Source: Candidatus Gottesmanbacteria bacterium (GTDB lineage: Bacteria > Patescibacteriota > Microgenomatia > UBA10105 > UBA927). Taken from it: 64,000 bases of DNA. Of this stretch, positions 9,075-18,396 are shown in pieces. The notes under the pieces were generated by a model. It worked only from the letters and a program-made list of their open reading frames with translations, was not told the origin of the DNA and did not search any database. The position numbers were made by a program, and so were the translations under genes. The stretch covers positions 596,084 through 660,083 of the forward strand of contig OY970230.1 in NCBI GenBank assembly GCA_963714095.1, written 5' to 3'. Numbering within the stretch: the stretch's first letter is position 1; each line of letters starts with the position of its first letter.

Positions 9075-9746
9075 TTATTTTCCGAACCGGCGTTGCCGGC
9101 GATTAAATTCTTCAATCGCTTCATCTAAACGCGCGGGGGTAAAATCCGGCATATACCACGGCGGAAAATAGAGTTCACTATAGACACTCTGCCACGGTAA
9201 AAACCCGCTCAAACGCTGTTCCCCGCCCGTGCGGATAACTAAATCCGGATCCGGAATCCCTTTGGTATCTAATAATTGAAAAAATGTCGTTTCCGTAACG
9301 GTTTTCGGATCGGAAATTTTGTGTATTGCGCGGACTATCTCATCTCTCCCGCCATAATTTAACCCAATCGTCAGAACTATTCTTTTATTATGCTTGGTTT
9401 TTTCCACCACGGAAGCAATCCCGCGTCGGAGCCCCTCATCAATTCTCGATAGATCGCCTATAATTCTCAGCTGTACTCCTTTTTTCAGCATACGTTTCCC
9501 GAATATCGGCAAACCCTGCTTTAAAATACGCATAATACCCGCGACTTCATCCGTCGCGCGATTCCAATTCTCCGTAGAAAACGCCCACATGGTTACATAC
9601 CCGATGCCGCGGTCTGCCGCATGTTCAACTAATTTTTCCAATACGATATTTGCGACCCTGCGGTGCCCTTCCAAAATGGGAAGTCTATGCTTTTGTGCCC
9701 ACCGGCGGTTCCCGTCCATAATAATTGCGATATGTTTTGGAATCAT
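9075..9746 (-). CDS. uppS: Undecaprenyl diphosphate synthase (cis-prenyltransferase)
   Basis: PKHIAIIMDGNRRW, AFSTENWNR, NYGGRDEI, IRTGGEQRLSGFL, RRFG. Confidence 0.97.
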   Translation of the reverse strand: MIPKHIAIIMDGNRRWAQKHRLPILEGHRRVANIVLEKLVEHAADRGIGYVTMWAFSTENWNRATDEVAGIMRILKQGLPIFGKRMLKKGVQLRIIGDLSRIDEGLRRGIASVVEKTKHNKRIVLTIGLNYGGRDEIVRAIHKISDPKTVTETTFFQLLDTKGIPDPDLVIRTGGEQRLSGFLPWQSVYSELYFPPWYMPDFTPARLDEAIEEFNRRQRRFGK

Positions 9747-10654
9747 ATGAGACGCGCTCCCTGCGCGGGTTTATTTACAATTATTTTCCGGTTTCTAAAA
9801 AGTCCCGTTACCTTTTTTTCATCATTGCCTTCACACATGATGTGCACGTTTGGCCCCGCATCAATGGTAAAATATGCAGGTATTCCGCTTTTTTTTATAT
9901 CATGCAGCACTTGTTTTGTACTCTCATTCCAATAATATAATGGCGGGTCTTGCGTCTGCATCACGTGATGCATATCCAGACACTCTTCTTCAATTACGTC
10001 TCCAAATGCCTGAAAATTCTTCTCGTGCAATGCCTGTTCTAATCTCCGGATGCGATCCGGCAAGACTTTGAGGCGTTTTGTAAAAAATGGGCTAGTGTTC
10101 ACCCGATCGTGCCCTTCTGATGAAGAAATCTTTTTAGTATTTTTATCAACAACCACAAGAATATCCCGAATATCCCAGTACTCAGGCGGATACAGAGAGT
10201 ATGCATATTCCCCCTCCCATTTTACAAACCCATCAGGGATGCTGCGGCATGCGGAACCGGACCCTAAACGTGCGAGGCCCGTTAATTCTTTTTCAGAATA
10301 TTTCAATCCCAGTGCTGCTGCCCCCGCCATGGTAAGAGCAGCAAAGCCCGATGCGGATGACGCGATCCCGGCCGATGCGGGAAAAGAATTTTTCGTAGAA
10401 ATTCTTACCCGAAGCACGACGCCTGCCCGCGCCCGAAGCATATCCACCTGCGCCAGTATTCGTTTCTTATCAAACCCTTCCGAAACAATATCCTGTTCAA
10501 AGTGTGGTGAAAATTCAACCGTCGTTGTTGTCGTACATGCACTTATATTCATCGAAATCGAGGGGTTATACGGAAGCCTGAGCTTTGCATCTTTTTTACC
10601 CCAATATTTGATAAACGCGATGTTTGCCGGTGCAATGGCCGTTGCTTTCATCAT
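9743..10654 (-). CDS. mvaD: Diphosphomevalonate decarboxylase
   Basis: ANIAFIKYWGK, GIASSASGFAAL, RLGSGSACRS, TIDAGPNVH. Confidence 0.95.
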   Translation of the reverse strand: MMKATAIAPANIAFIKYWGKKDAKLRLPYNPSISMNISACTTTTTVEFSPHFEQDIVSEGFDKKRILAQVDMLRARAGVVLRVRISTKNSFPASAGIASSASGFAALTMAGAAALGLKYSEKELTGLARLGSGSACRSIPDGFVKWEGEYAYSLYPPEYWDIRDILVVVDKNTKKISSSEGHDRVNTSPFFTKRLKVLPDRIRRLEQALHEKNFQAFGDVIEEECLDMHHVMQTQDPPLYYWNESTKQVLHDIKKSGIPAYFTIDAGPNVHIMCEGNDEKKVTGLFRNRKIIVNKPAQGARLI

Positions 10655-12012
10655 AAAATTCCGATCTCGCGGAGCGTCTGCTCTCCCGCTTTGGTCATAT
10701 GTAACGCCTTACTGGCTACTAATAGCCGAATTTCGCGGGGATCAAAAAATTTTATCTCCGACACTTCTTGTGCGTCGGGTTGAAACGGACCATCGCTCAA
10801 TCCCCGATATAAGGCCGCCCGCTCTGTTTCCTGATCGTCCCCCGTAATAAATTTTTTTATAAACGTAAGCGGCACGTCAACACCCAACTCTTCCCGAAGC
10901 TCGCGGTGCACCGCTTCTTCGTCGGTCTGGCCGCGGGTCACATGTCCGGCAGCCGATATGCCCCACAATCCGGCTTCCATATCTTTCGTTGCGCTGCGTT
11001 TCTGAAGCAACAATTTACCTTTTGCATCATAGATGAGCGCGCCGACGGTCCGGTGAATAAAAGACGGGTTGTGATGACATTCATACCGGGTTTTGTATCC
11101 GAGAACGTGATCGTCTCTGTCCACAACTATAAATACCTCTTCCTGATTATCCGTCGTTTCGACTCTCACGCCTGCTGCATTTGGCTTCACATGAACGACT
11201 TCGCCGCCCGCATGCGCGATCGCCTCTTCCACCGCTTTTCGCTTATCTGGCGCGGCTATGGCAACCATGCAATCTCCCCCGCCGGCGCCAGATAACTTCG
11301 CGCCGTACGCCCCTGCGTCTCTGGCTGCTTTAATCATTGCCTCCAATTTTTCCGAACTCACACCCAAGTCGCGGAGGTAATCCTGATTAAAATCCATGAG
11401 TCTCCCAACGCGCTCCCAATCGCCCTCAATCATTTTATTTTTTGCTTCATCAACAATTTTTCCGATGGCCGCGAATATACGCCCGACTTTCTCCGGCTCT
11501 TGGGCGTATTTTGCGGCAACAGCATCGATAAAGGTTTTTGTATTTGCTTTCACACCGGTATACCCAACTATGAGTGGCATGTCGGGCACGGCAAGCGGTT
11601 CAATAACCTTCCCGCCTTTGACAAAATACAGTGTTCCACCAAACACTGCCGCGGCGATATCAAATCCCGACCCTGCCCCCTGAATATCCAGGATAATTTT
11701 GTACGCCATGTCAAACACACTCAGGTTTGACGCATCGGGTTTCAACGCTTTAAGCGTTGCCACGGTAACTGCGGAGGAGGAACCAAATCCGTAGCAACCT
11801 GTAAATGAACTCTTTATAGAAAATTTCACTTCACGAGTATCTCCCCACGCGTGGATTGCTGCATCAACAAATCTGCGATCGGCACACATATCATCTATCT
11901 GTGAAACCGTAACTTCCAAACGCTGTGAAATCGCGGTGACCAGACATGGATAGCCATACACGACTGCGTGTTCTCCAAATAGCATGAGTTTCCCCGGTGC
12001 GCTGATAGTCAT
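10651..12012 (-). CDS. Phosphomevalonate-kinase-like GHMP kinase fused to IDI-1-like Nudix domain
   Basis: PGKLMLFGEH, GFGSSS, GSGFDIAA, KLSGAGGGDC; C-terminal HRTVG..LLLQKRS..K..GLW..GH, RELREELG; start MTISAPGK overlaps upstream stop (ATGA). Confidence 0.8.
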   Translation of the reverse strand: MTISAPGKLMLFGEHAVVYGYPCLVTAISQRLEVTVSQIDDMCADRRFVDAAIHAWGDTREVKFSIKSSFTGCYGFGSSSAVTVATLKALKPDASNLSVFDMAYKIILDIQGAGSGFDIAAAVFGGTLYFVKGGKVIEPLAVPDMPLIVGYTGVKANTKTFIDAVAAKYAQEPEKVGRIFAAIGKIVDEAKNKMIEGDWERVGRLMDFNQDYLRDLGVSSEKLEAMIKAARDAGAYGAKLSGAGGGDCMVAIAAPDKRKAVEEAIAHAGGEVVHVKPNAAGVRVETTDNQEEVFIVVDRDDHVLGYKTRYECHHNPSFIHRTVGALIYDAKGKLLLQKRSATKDMEAGLWGISAAGHVTRGQTDEEAVHRELREELGVDVPLTFIKKFITGDDQETERAALYRGLSDGPFQPDAQEVSEIKFFDPREIRLLVASKALHMTKAGEQTLREIGIL

Positions 12013-12902
12013 ATCTTTTTTTCCAATCTGATTCCCTCTTCCCCTAATATAATCGGTAAATTTCTTTTCGGCGGATGATGAGAATAACACAAAAGATATC
12101 CAACGCCCTCCGTCTTTCCGCCTCCGCCAAGAATTTTCGCCGCACCCCCGCTTTTTTCAATACTTCGAATAACAGGAATAACTTTTTTACTTACCACACC
12201 AATTTCTTCCAAAGTCTGTTCTCCTTTTTGTATGGCGTCTATAAGCATTTTTTCATCTCCTTCTTTCAGGGCAACAGCAACCCTCTTTGTCTGGATCTCA
12301 TTTTCATTAAGAAACTCTTGGAGGTTCTTTTGGTTTTTAACAAATGCAACCATTTCACCCGTGGTTTCCTTCGGCCTGCCGGTATCAATGAGGGAAAAAT
12401 GATTCAGCGCAGGTGAAAACTTCAACGGCAACTGCCACATGCTTTTTAAAAATTCCAGTTCTTTCCGATACCATAGAAATTCACCCATGGTGACCGCCGT
12501 ATTATCCCCGCCCGACGGGTTACCATGCTGTTTTTTTTCCACCTCGTACGCTAATTGATTTATAGCCTGCGGATTCCACACGTTTTTCAGAAAAAGTGTG
12601 AGTGCGCCGACAACCGCAACCGCGACGGCGGCTGACGAACCCAAATGGTATCCCGCTGGAATATCCGACGTGATGGTGATTTTCACTTCTGGCAGATGCG
12701 GAAGTTTGTATTCTTTTGCCAAAAATTTTACGGCGTATCGGACATAGTCCGTGGGTTCGGTCGAAATAATCTCCAGCATTTCCGCCGGTCCGACACGCAC
12801 TGAAAGCCTGCGGTTGATTGCCGCCAAAAGTGCCGGCTTACCATATACCACCGCATGCTCACCCATCAAATAAATCTTACCCGGAACAGAAACTTTTACC
12901 AT
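12009..12902 (-). CDS. mvk: Mevalonate kinase
   Basis: PGKIYLMGEHAVVYGKPA, PAGYHLGSSAA, HGNPSGGDN, AKILGGGG. Confidence 0.85.
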   Translation of the reverse strand: MVKVSVPGKIYLMGEHAVVYGKPALLAAINRRLSVRVGPAEMLEIISTEPTDYVRYAVKFLAKEYKLPHLPEVKITITSDIPAGYHLGSSAAVAVAVVGALTLFLKNVWNPQAINQLAYEVEKKQHGNPSGGDNTAVTMGEFLWYRKELEFLKSMWQLPLKFSPALNHFSLIDTGRPKETTGEMVAFVKNQKNLQEFLNENEIQTKRVAVALKEGDEKMLIDAIQKGEQTLEEIGVVSKKVIPVIRSIEKSGGAAKILGGGGKTEGVGYLLCYSHHPPKRNLPIILGEEGIRLEKKI

Positions 12903-12903
12903 A

Positions 12904-13209
12904 TCAGATAGGTTTCACTTTAACACCGTACGGGATAATGCCTTCTGTTGTCGGCTCAGAAATGCGGCGGACGATTACCTTCACCCGTCGTCCGTCCGCT
13001 ATATCTTCTTCACTCCAATCCACAAGCTGTGCTGTAATTCTTCCACCACCGACTAAGTCTACGATGACAACCGGATACGGCGCGAGATTGGAAAAACCAG
13101 CAGGCGGCACACGGATGACCGTCCATGAAACAATAGTTCCCTCGCGGCCAAGCATACCCGCAATATATTTCTGGTTTCTCCAAATTTTCACCGGACTCTG
13201 AATATTCAT
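12904..13209 (-). CDS. DUF35-like OB-fold scaffold of the thiolase/HMG-CoA synthase complex, lacking zinc ribbon
   Basis: GTIVSWTVIRVPPAGF..APYPVVIVDL...RITAQLVD, GIIPYGVKV; adjacent to thiolase; no Cys. Confidence 0.8.
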   Translation of the reverse strand: MNIQSPVKIWRNQKYIAGMLGREGTIVSWTVIRVPPAGFSNLAPYPVVIVDLVGGGRITAQLVDWSEEDIADGRRVKVIVRRISEPTTEGIIPYGVKVKPI

Positions 13210-13234
13210 AAATAGAAACGACAAATATAACTTA

Positions 13235-14374
13235 TTATTTTTTTAATATGTGCACCACCGCCGTGGCTCCGCTCCCGCCGACATTATGTGCTAAACCGAT
13301 CTTCGCTCCTTTTGCCTGACGAACACCGGCCCGACCCCGCAGCTGCTCGACCAACTCCACGACCTGTTTTATACCCGTGGCTCCCACCGGATGTCCGCAT
13401 CCTTTCAACCCGCCGGAGGGGTTGACAACTAAATGCCGAGACGTTCCGAGTTTTGTTTCCCCAACTGCAATTGCATCTGCCGCTTTTCCTTTAGCAAAAA
13501 ATCCCAAATCTTCCATCGCAAGTATTTCGGCAATAGTAAAGCAGTCATGAACCTCCGCAACATCCACGTCGTCGGGTGCAATGCCGGCATTAGCATATGC
13601 GTGTTTTCCTGCTTCTTTTGTTGCGCAGAGCTGTATTAAAGATTTCCGCTGGGCAAGACCCAATGAATCCGTCGCAACAGTACTTGCGGCTATCGTTACG
13701 GCATGCGTAGATTTTCTATTGGTTACCACAACAGCCGCGGCACCATCTGAGATGGGCGAACAATCCAAAAGCCGCAGCGGATCAGCGATGCGAGAACTTT
13801 TTAAGACTTGTTCGGCGGTGATTGTTGTATGAAACTGTGCATTGGGGTTGAGCGATGCATGATAATGGTTTTTGACGGCAACGGCTGCCAGTTCCTCCCG
13901 CGTCGTACCGTATACTTTCATGTGTGCACGGGCGAGAATTGCATACAAACCGGGAAATGTTGCTCCTGCTGCCCGCTCTTCTTCCGATCCTGCCCCCATG
14001 AGAGCCGTTGCTACGTCTTCGGGTTTATGGTCCGTCATTTTTTCAACTCCCAAAACTACGACGGTGTCATACTGACCGGATAAAACGCTGTTTACCGCAT
14101 TGTGAAGGGCCAATCCTCCCGATGCACATGCTCCCTCTATCTTAAATGCGGGAACGGTAAGCCCCACTTCTTCCGCAAAAAATGCGCCCAGGTGTTCCTG
14201 CCCGCCCAACATGCCAGACAGCATATTCCCAACAAATAACGCCTGTACACGTTTGATAGACACATCAGCATCCGTGAGTGCGCCTCCGACTGCCTCACGC
14301 GCAAGACTGCGGGGTGAAGCCGCCCATAATTCACCGAATTTTGTTGTTGCCGCTCCTGTTATATATACTCTCAT
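13235..14374 (-). CDS. Acetoacetyl-CoA thiolase, archaeal/SCP-x type
   Basis: EGACASGG, DCSPISDGAAA, EVHDCFT, GHPVGATG, HNVGGSG. Confidence 0.92.
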   Translation of the reverse strand: MRVYITGAATTKFGELWAASPRSLAREAVGGALTDADVSIKRVQALFVGNMLSGMLGGQEHLGAFFAEEVGLTVPAFKIEGACASGGLALHNAVNSVLSGQYDTVVVLGVEKMTDHKPEDVATALMGAGSEEERAAGATFPGLYAILARAHMKVYGTTREELAAVAVKNHYHASLNPNAQFHTTITAEQVLKSSRIADPLRLLDCSPISDGAAAVVVTNRKSTHAVTIAASTVATDSLGLAQRKSLIQLCATKEAGKHAYANAGIAPDDVDVAEVHDCFTIAEILAMEDLGFFAKGKAADAIAVGETKLGTSRHLVVNPSGGLKGCGHPVGATGIKQVVELVEQLRGRAGVRQAKGAKIGLAHNVGGSGATAVVHILKK

Positions 14375-14385
14375 AAAGGTTTCAT

Positions 14386-15429
14386 TTAAATCTTGTGTGT
14401 CTGCTTCAGATACCCAACGTAATCCACATATTGTTTTTTCACGATCTGCTGGGTAACCAGCTCATGGCGTTTTTCACGATTTTTTTGCGTACGCGCCAAT
14501 TCCGGCGTTGTCTCCCAGATAAACGCATCGCTTCCTGCCCCGGACCCATACGACACCATGAAAATTTTTTCTCCCGGTTTGGCACTGTCCAGTACCGAAG
14601 CAAGACCAAGCATGGCGGATGCGGAATACGGATTGCCGATGTAATCCACAGTAAGAGACGCTGATAATTGTTCTTTGCTAAAGCCGAGCCTCCTGGCCGC
14701 ATCCCTCGGAAACTTCCCGTTGGGCATATGGAATACGCAATAATCGAAATCTTCAGGCTTCATATGGGTTTTCGTCAACAGCCGGGTTGCGGCCCCCATC
14801 ACATGGGCAAAATAGGCAGGCTCTCCGGTAAAGCGCCCGGCATGGGAAGGATATCTGATGCCGTCACGGCGCCAAAAATCCGGTGTGTCCGAAGAATAAG
14901 ACGTATATGAAAGAAGTTTTGCAAGTATGTCCTCTTTGCCCATAAGGTATGCGACGCCTGCGGCCGCAGACGTATACTCCAGGGCGTCATGGGGTTTGCT
15001 TTGCGCGGTATCCGCCCCGACTGCCAACCCGCAGCGTATATGTCCGGATCCGATAAGTCCCGCAATCGCCTGCATACCTGCCGTTGCCGCCTTACAGGCA
15101 AACTCCATATCCGCCGCCAGATAATTATGTCCGATTCCGAGTAGTTCTCCGACAATCGTTGACGTGGGATTCACGGCATACGGATGACTTTCACTCCCGA
15201 CAAACAGCGCTTCTATATCTAGTCGTCTACCGCGAAAAGAGAGAAGGCTTTGGAATGCAGCTTCCAGGGCTATGGAAACGGCATCCTCATCAGTCCCGGG
15301 AACCGACTTTTCTTCTATCCCTAACGACCCCACGACCTCGCGGGGGTCTTTTTTCCACGCAAGAGCGATATCGGCGAGTTTAATCCGATACACAGGAATA
15401 TATGTGCCGTATGAAACGATCCCGACCAT
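14386..15429 (-). CDS. HMG-CoA synthase, archaeal type
   Basis: GSESHPYAVNP, EFACKAAT, DTPDFWRR, RFTGEPAYF, FHMPNGKFP, SYGSGAGSD. Confidence 0.95.
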   Translation of the reverse strand: MVGIVSYGTYIPVYRIKLADIALAWKKDPREVVGSLGIEEKSVPGTDEDAVSIALEAAFQSLLSFRGRRLDIEALFVGSESHPYAVNPTSTIVGELLGIGHNYLAADMEFACKAATAGMQAIAGLIGSGHIRCGLAVGADTAQSKPHDALEYTSAAAGVAYLMGKEDILAKLLSYTSYSSDTPDFWRRDGIRYPSHAGRFTGEPAYFAHVMGAATRLLTKTHMKPEDFDYCVFHMPNGKFPRDAARRLGFSKEQLSASLTVDYIGNPYSASAMLGLASVLDSAKPGEKIFMVSYGSGAGSDAFIWETTPELARTQKNREKRHELVTQQIVKKQYVDYVGYLKQTHKI

Positions 15430-16571
15430 TATGTCCCTCCCCTTCCAAGTTGTTGATGTGCTTTTGCCAGCGAACCTTCTTCAAGCGACGATAACAGCGA
15501 TATCTCTCCTGCAAGCACAGCACCAGCTATAATCTCCGCGAGACGCTGTGCATTTTTTCCGTTATTCCCTCCTGCTACTCCCAAAAGAGAAAGTGCTTCG
15601 AGTTGTGTCACTAACCCAGTGCCACCCCCCACCGTCCCCACCATTAAGTCCGGTAGATGGATACTGACATACAAATTATTTCCATTAACTACCTCTGCAG
15701 TCGTAATACCCAAACTTCCTTCCCCAACATGCGCTATGTCTTGTCCGGTCGCAAGAAACAGTGCCGCAATGACATTCGCATACTGTGCATTGAATCCCAT
15801 AGATCCACTCATAGCGCTCCCCAATATACATTTTGCAAACCATGTTTCATAGGCTTTTTTTGCGGTAGTTTTGAGTACCCGTGTTAATACCGATGAGGGT
15901 AATGTTACCTCTGCCCAAACTTTAATACCGCGACCGTTGATAAAATTCTGCCACGAAGGTTTCTTATCTACGCAATAATTGCCGGATAAAGCGAGGCATT
16001 CTGCACCAGTTACTTTCTCAATATACGTAACAGCAGCATCTGTCGCGATAGTCACCATATTTAATCCCATCGCGTCTTGTGTATCGTAAACAAAGCGGAC
16101 ATACCGGTACTTCCCAACACCCTGGGAACTGATTTTTTTCAACGTCAGGTGATGTGATGTTTTTTCAGTTAGCTCTTTAATTTCATTAAAATGCGTTTCA
16201 ATAAATTCATTCAATTGTTTATTTTCTTCGAGATTTCTTACTTTAAATACCGGACCCCGGGTTGCACCAACCCGATAAGAATCGACCGCGGCTCCTCCCG
16301 CCTCTGTTATCGCCTTACACCCGCGGTTCACGGATGCAACAAGCGCGCCTTCAGTCGTTGCCAAAGGAATATAATATTCCCTATCATTAATCTTTAACGG
16401 TCCGGCAACACCCAGCGGCACCTGAACAACTCCGATCATATTTTCGCAATTCTGCGTGGACGCAACGGACTCGTCAAACGTGAAAGAGCCGATATTTTTT
16501 AAACCAACTCCTGTCTCTTTTTCAAGAGCTTTCCGGCGATCGGAAACCATCTGATAATCCCGTATTTTCAT
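15429..16571 (-). CDS. hmgA: HMG-CoA reductase class I (NADPH)
   Basis: CENMIG, PLATTEGALVASVNRG, DAMGLNM, SGNYCVDKK, GTVGGGT, LAGEISL. Confidence 0.95.
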   Translation of the reverse strand: MKIRDYQMVSDRRKALEKETGVGLKNIGSFTFDESVASTQNCENMIGVVQVPLGVAGPLKINDREYYIPLATTEGALVASVNRGCKAITEAGGAAVDSYRVGATRGPVFKVRNLEENKQLNEFIETHFNEIKELTEKTSHHLTLKKISSQGVGKYRYVRFVYDTQDAMGLNMVTIATDAAVTYIEKVTGAECLALSGNYCVDKKPSWQNFINGRGIKVWAEVTLPSSVLTRVLKTTAKKAYETWFAKCILGSAMSGSMGFNAQYANVIAALFLATGQDIAHVGEGSLGITTAEVVNGNNLYVSIHLPDLMVGTVGGGTGLVTQLEALSLLGVAGGNNGKNAQRLAEIIAGAVLAGEISLLSSLEEGSLAKAHQQLGRGGT

Positions 16572-17185
16572 ATAAATGGAATTTTAAATATGCCAATTTG
16601 ATACATCACATAACTGTACAGACCGAGCACCGGCACCGTACATGCCAGGACAATGAAAATTTTTCCTAAATTCAGCCGGAGGCTAAATCGGAGTGTGAGA
16701 TATGCAATCGTTGCTTTCCAAAAAAACAGCGTTGCTGAAAATATCAAGAAAAGAATACTGAAGGCGACTCCGGCTGCGCTCGTCGTTCGTGGGGGAGGAA
16801 GAATGACATAGAGAACCGAAGTTGACAAAAACCACGAAAGTGTTCCCAAGAGTGAATATCCCCACAAAACCGCAAGGCCTTTCAGATTTCCCTGAGCCCC
16901 GACCAGTTTTCCCACTGTCCAGAAAAGAGCAACGGTAAGAATGTATGTTATCCCCGTGGCGGCGGCAAGAACGATAAACTGGCGGGAAAGTAAAAATGGC
17001 CGGAACGAAGCTACTTTCACGATGGACGCGAAAACAAAATACACCGAAAGCAAAAGTGCTACGTATATGAGCTCTCCCGCCTTGCCGCGGTCAACAATTT
17101 TCCTACACGTTTCATACGGTCGGGTTACAAGGCCGGCAACATTGTGTATAAACGCAACAAGCGCGACAATAAGCGATGTTTCCAT
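16568..17185 (-). CDS. Yip1-like multi-TM membrane protein
   Basis: About five TMs, RPYETCRKI N-terminal motif, GKLVGAQG loop; stop overlaps hmgA start. Confidence 0.6.
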   Translation of the reverse strand: METSLIVALVAFIHNVAGLVTRPYETCRKIVDRGKAGELIYVALLLSVYFVFASIVKVASFRPFLLSRQFIVLAAATGITYILTVALFWTVGKLVGAQGNLKGLAVLWGYSLLGTLSWFLSTSVLYVILPPPRTTSAAGVAFSILFLIFSATLFFWKATIAYLTLRFSLRLNLGKIFIVLACTVPVLGLYSYVMYQIGIFKIPFI

Positions 17186-17212
17186 GTATACGTATTAGTC
17201 GTAAGACGTAGA

Positions 17213-17443
17213 CTAAAACCCTCGCTGAAGAAGCGACACAAGGAGCGTAACGGCACTCCCCAACAGAAGATACAATCCGATAACCACCACCAGAGAACAG
17301 AGAACCAGTGCCGGCCACGGCATCACTTTCATCCGCCGGACAAACGCTTTATAGAAAGGAGTCAAAGGTCCTAAAGTCTGCGGCGGCAAATCCGTCACTT
17401 CTTCCCACCGCTTTACAAATTTCTGATATGTCGCATTGGTCAT
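17213..17443 (-). CDS. Small membrane protein, candidate anti-sigma factor
   Basis: 76 aa with soluble N-terminus and C-terminal hydrophobic helix; ATGA-coupled to ECF sigma. Confidence 0.6.
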   Translation of the reverse strand: MTNATYQKFVKRWEEVTDLPPQTLGPLTPFYKAFVRRMKVMPWPALVLCSLVVVIGLYLLLGSAVTLLVSLLQRGF

Positions 17444-17997
17444 AGTGATATAAAATGCTCAACGAATGCTTTGCGCGCGCGGAAAAGCTGTGATTCCGCG
17501 CTTTTGAATGTCATCGTGAGACGCCCTGCTATTTCTGCCACAGACAACCCATCAAGATACTTCAGAAGTAATATTTGCCTGTGGCGCGGTAGAAGACGCG
17601 CGAGGACTGCATGAATCTTTTCTTTAACCAAAACGGCATCCAGTTCTTCTTCGGGGCTTACGATGGGCGAGATAATCGCTTCAAGCTGCGGCATCTGTGA
17701 AAAAACGGCGTGTTTTAATTTCTTTTTCCGGTAATAATCCACGACTTTGTGCTGGCAGATCGAAAACAAAAACGTCTGTATATTGCTCTTTCCCTGAAAA
17801 TCGCGGATAGCCTCCAAAAAAGCATACAGCGTGTCCTGCAAAATCTCCTCGGCGTCGGCAGGGTTGCCGACTTTCCCTGCAATATACCGCGAAAGTTTCG
17901 GCGCATATTTTCTATAAAAAACCAGGAGCGTTTTACGGTCCCGTGAAAGGATCTTTGCAATCATTTCATTGTCGCTGGTAGATCCCGAAGTATTCAT
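17440..17997 (-). CDS. ECF-type RNA polymerase sigma-70 factor
   Basis: Region 2 DAEEILQDT...FQGKS...FLFSI...VVDYYRK; region 4 LSVAEIA...SQLFRARK; start moved to MNTSG. Confidence 0.9.
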   Translation of the reverse strand: MNTSGSTSDNEMIAKILSRDRKTLLVFYRKYAPKLSRYIAGKVGNPADAEEILQDTLYAFLEAIRDFQGKSNIQTFLFSICQHKVVDYYRKKKLKHAVFSQMPQLEAIISPIVSPEEELDAVLVKEKIHAVLARLLPRHRQILLLKYLDGLSVAEIAGRLTMTFKSAESQLFRARKAFVEHFISL

Positions 17998-18025
17998 GAG
18001 TAGCAACCTGTAACTATACCACAAA

Positions 18026-18055
18026 TTGACAGTTGCCTCCATTTGCCCATACAAT
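18026..18055 (+). promoter_or_regulatory. Sigma-70 promoter of pilin array 2 (leaderless)
   Basis: TTGACA-18nt-TACAAT, 6 nt before ATG 18062. Confidence 0.7.
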
Positions 18056-18061
18056 AATTTT

Positions 18062-18391
18062 ATGGAGCGTGTATTTGCGCAAGTAAATATCGGTGATCCC
18101 AACGTTTTTGCTCCCGCCGGCACATTTAAAGATTTCGGGTCTGTCGTTTCCGTGGTCGTCAAGAACGCGGTCGTAGTAGCCGGAATTATCTTTTTTGTTT
18201 TATTGATATTCGGCGCATTCGGCATTATAGTGGGAGCAGGGTCGGGTGACACAAAAAAACTCGAGGAGGGCAAAAAGGCAATAACCGGAGCGGTTATCGG
18301 ACTGCTCATTGTGGTACTGTCGGTTGCTATTGTCCAGATTATCGGCACAGTAACGGGCTTGACGGCAATCCAGACATTGGTCGGAAAATAA
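18062..18391 (+). CDS. VirB2/TrbC-like pilin
   Basis: MERVFAQ leader, TM-GAGSGDTKKLEEGKKAITGAVIGL-TM. Confidence 0.8.
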   Translation: MERVFAQVNIGDPNVFAPAGTFKDFGSVVSVVVKNAVVVAGIIFFVLLIFGAFGIIVGAGSGDTKKLEEGKKAITGAVIGLLIVVLSVAIVQIIGTVTGLTAIQTLVGK

Positions 18392-18396
18392 TATCT

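Noticed and set aside
10050-10847. 265-aa plus-strand ORF and similar long antisense ORFs (e.g. 37716-38318, 28629-29264, 31707-32291)
   Set aside because: Shadow frames of well-supported genes (mvaD, dnaA, coupling ATPase, virB4), with no motifs of their own.
17998-18348. 117-aa N-terminal extension of the sigma factor in the ORF track
   Set aside because: It is the antisense of pilin 18062-18391 and spans both promoters; sigma homology starts near 17997.
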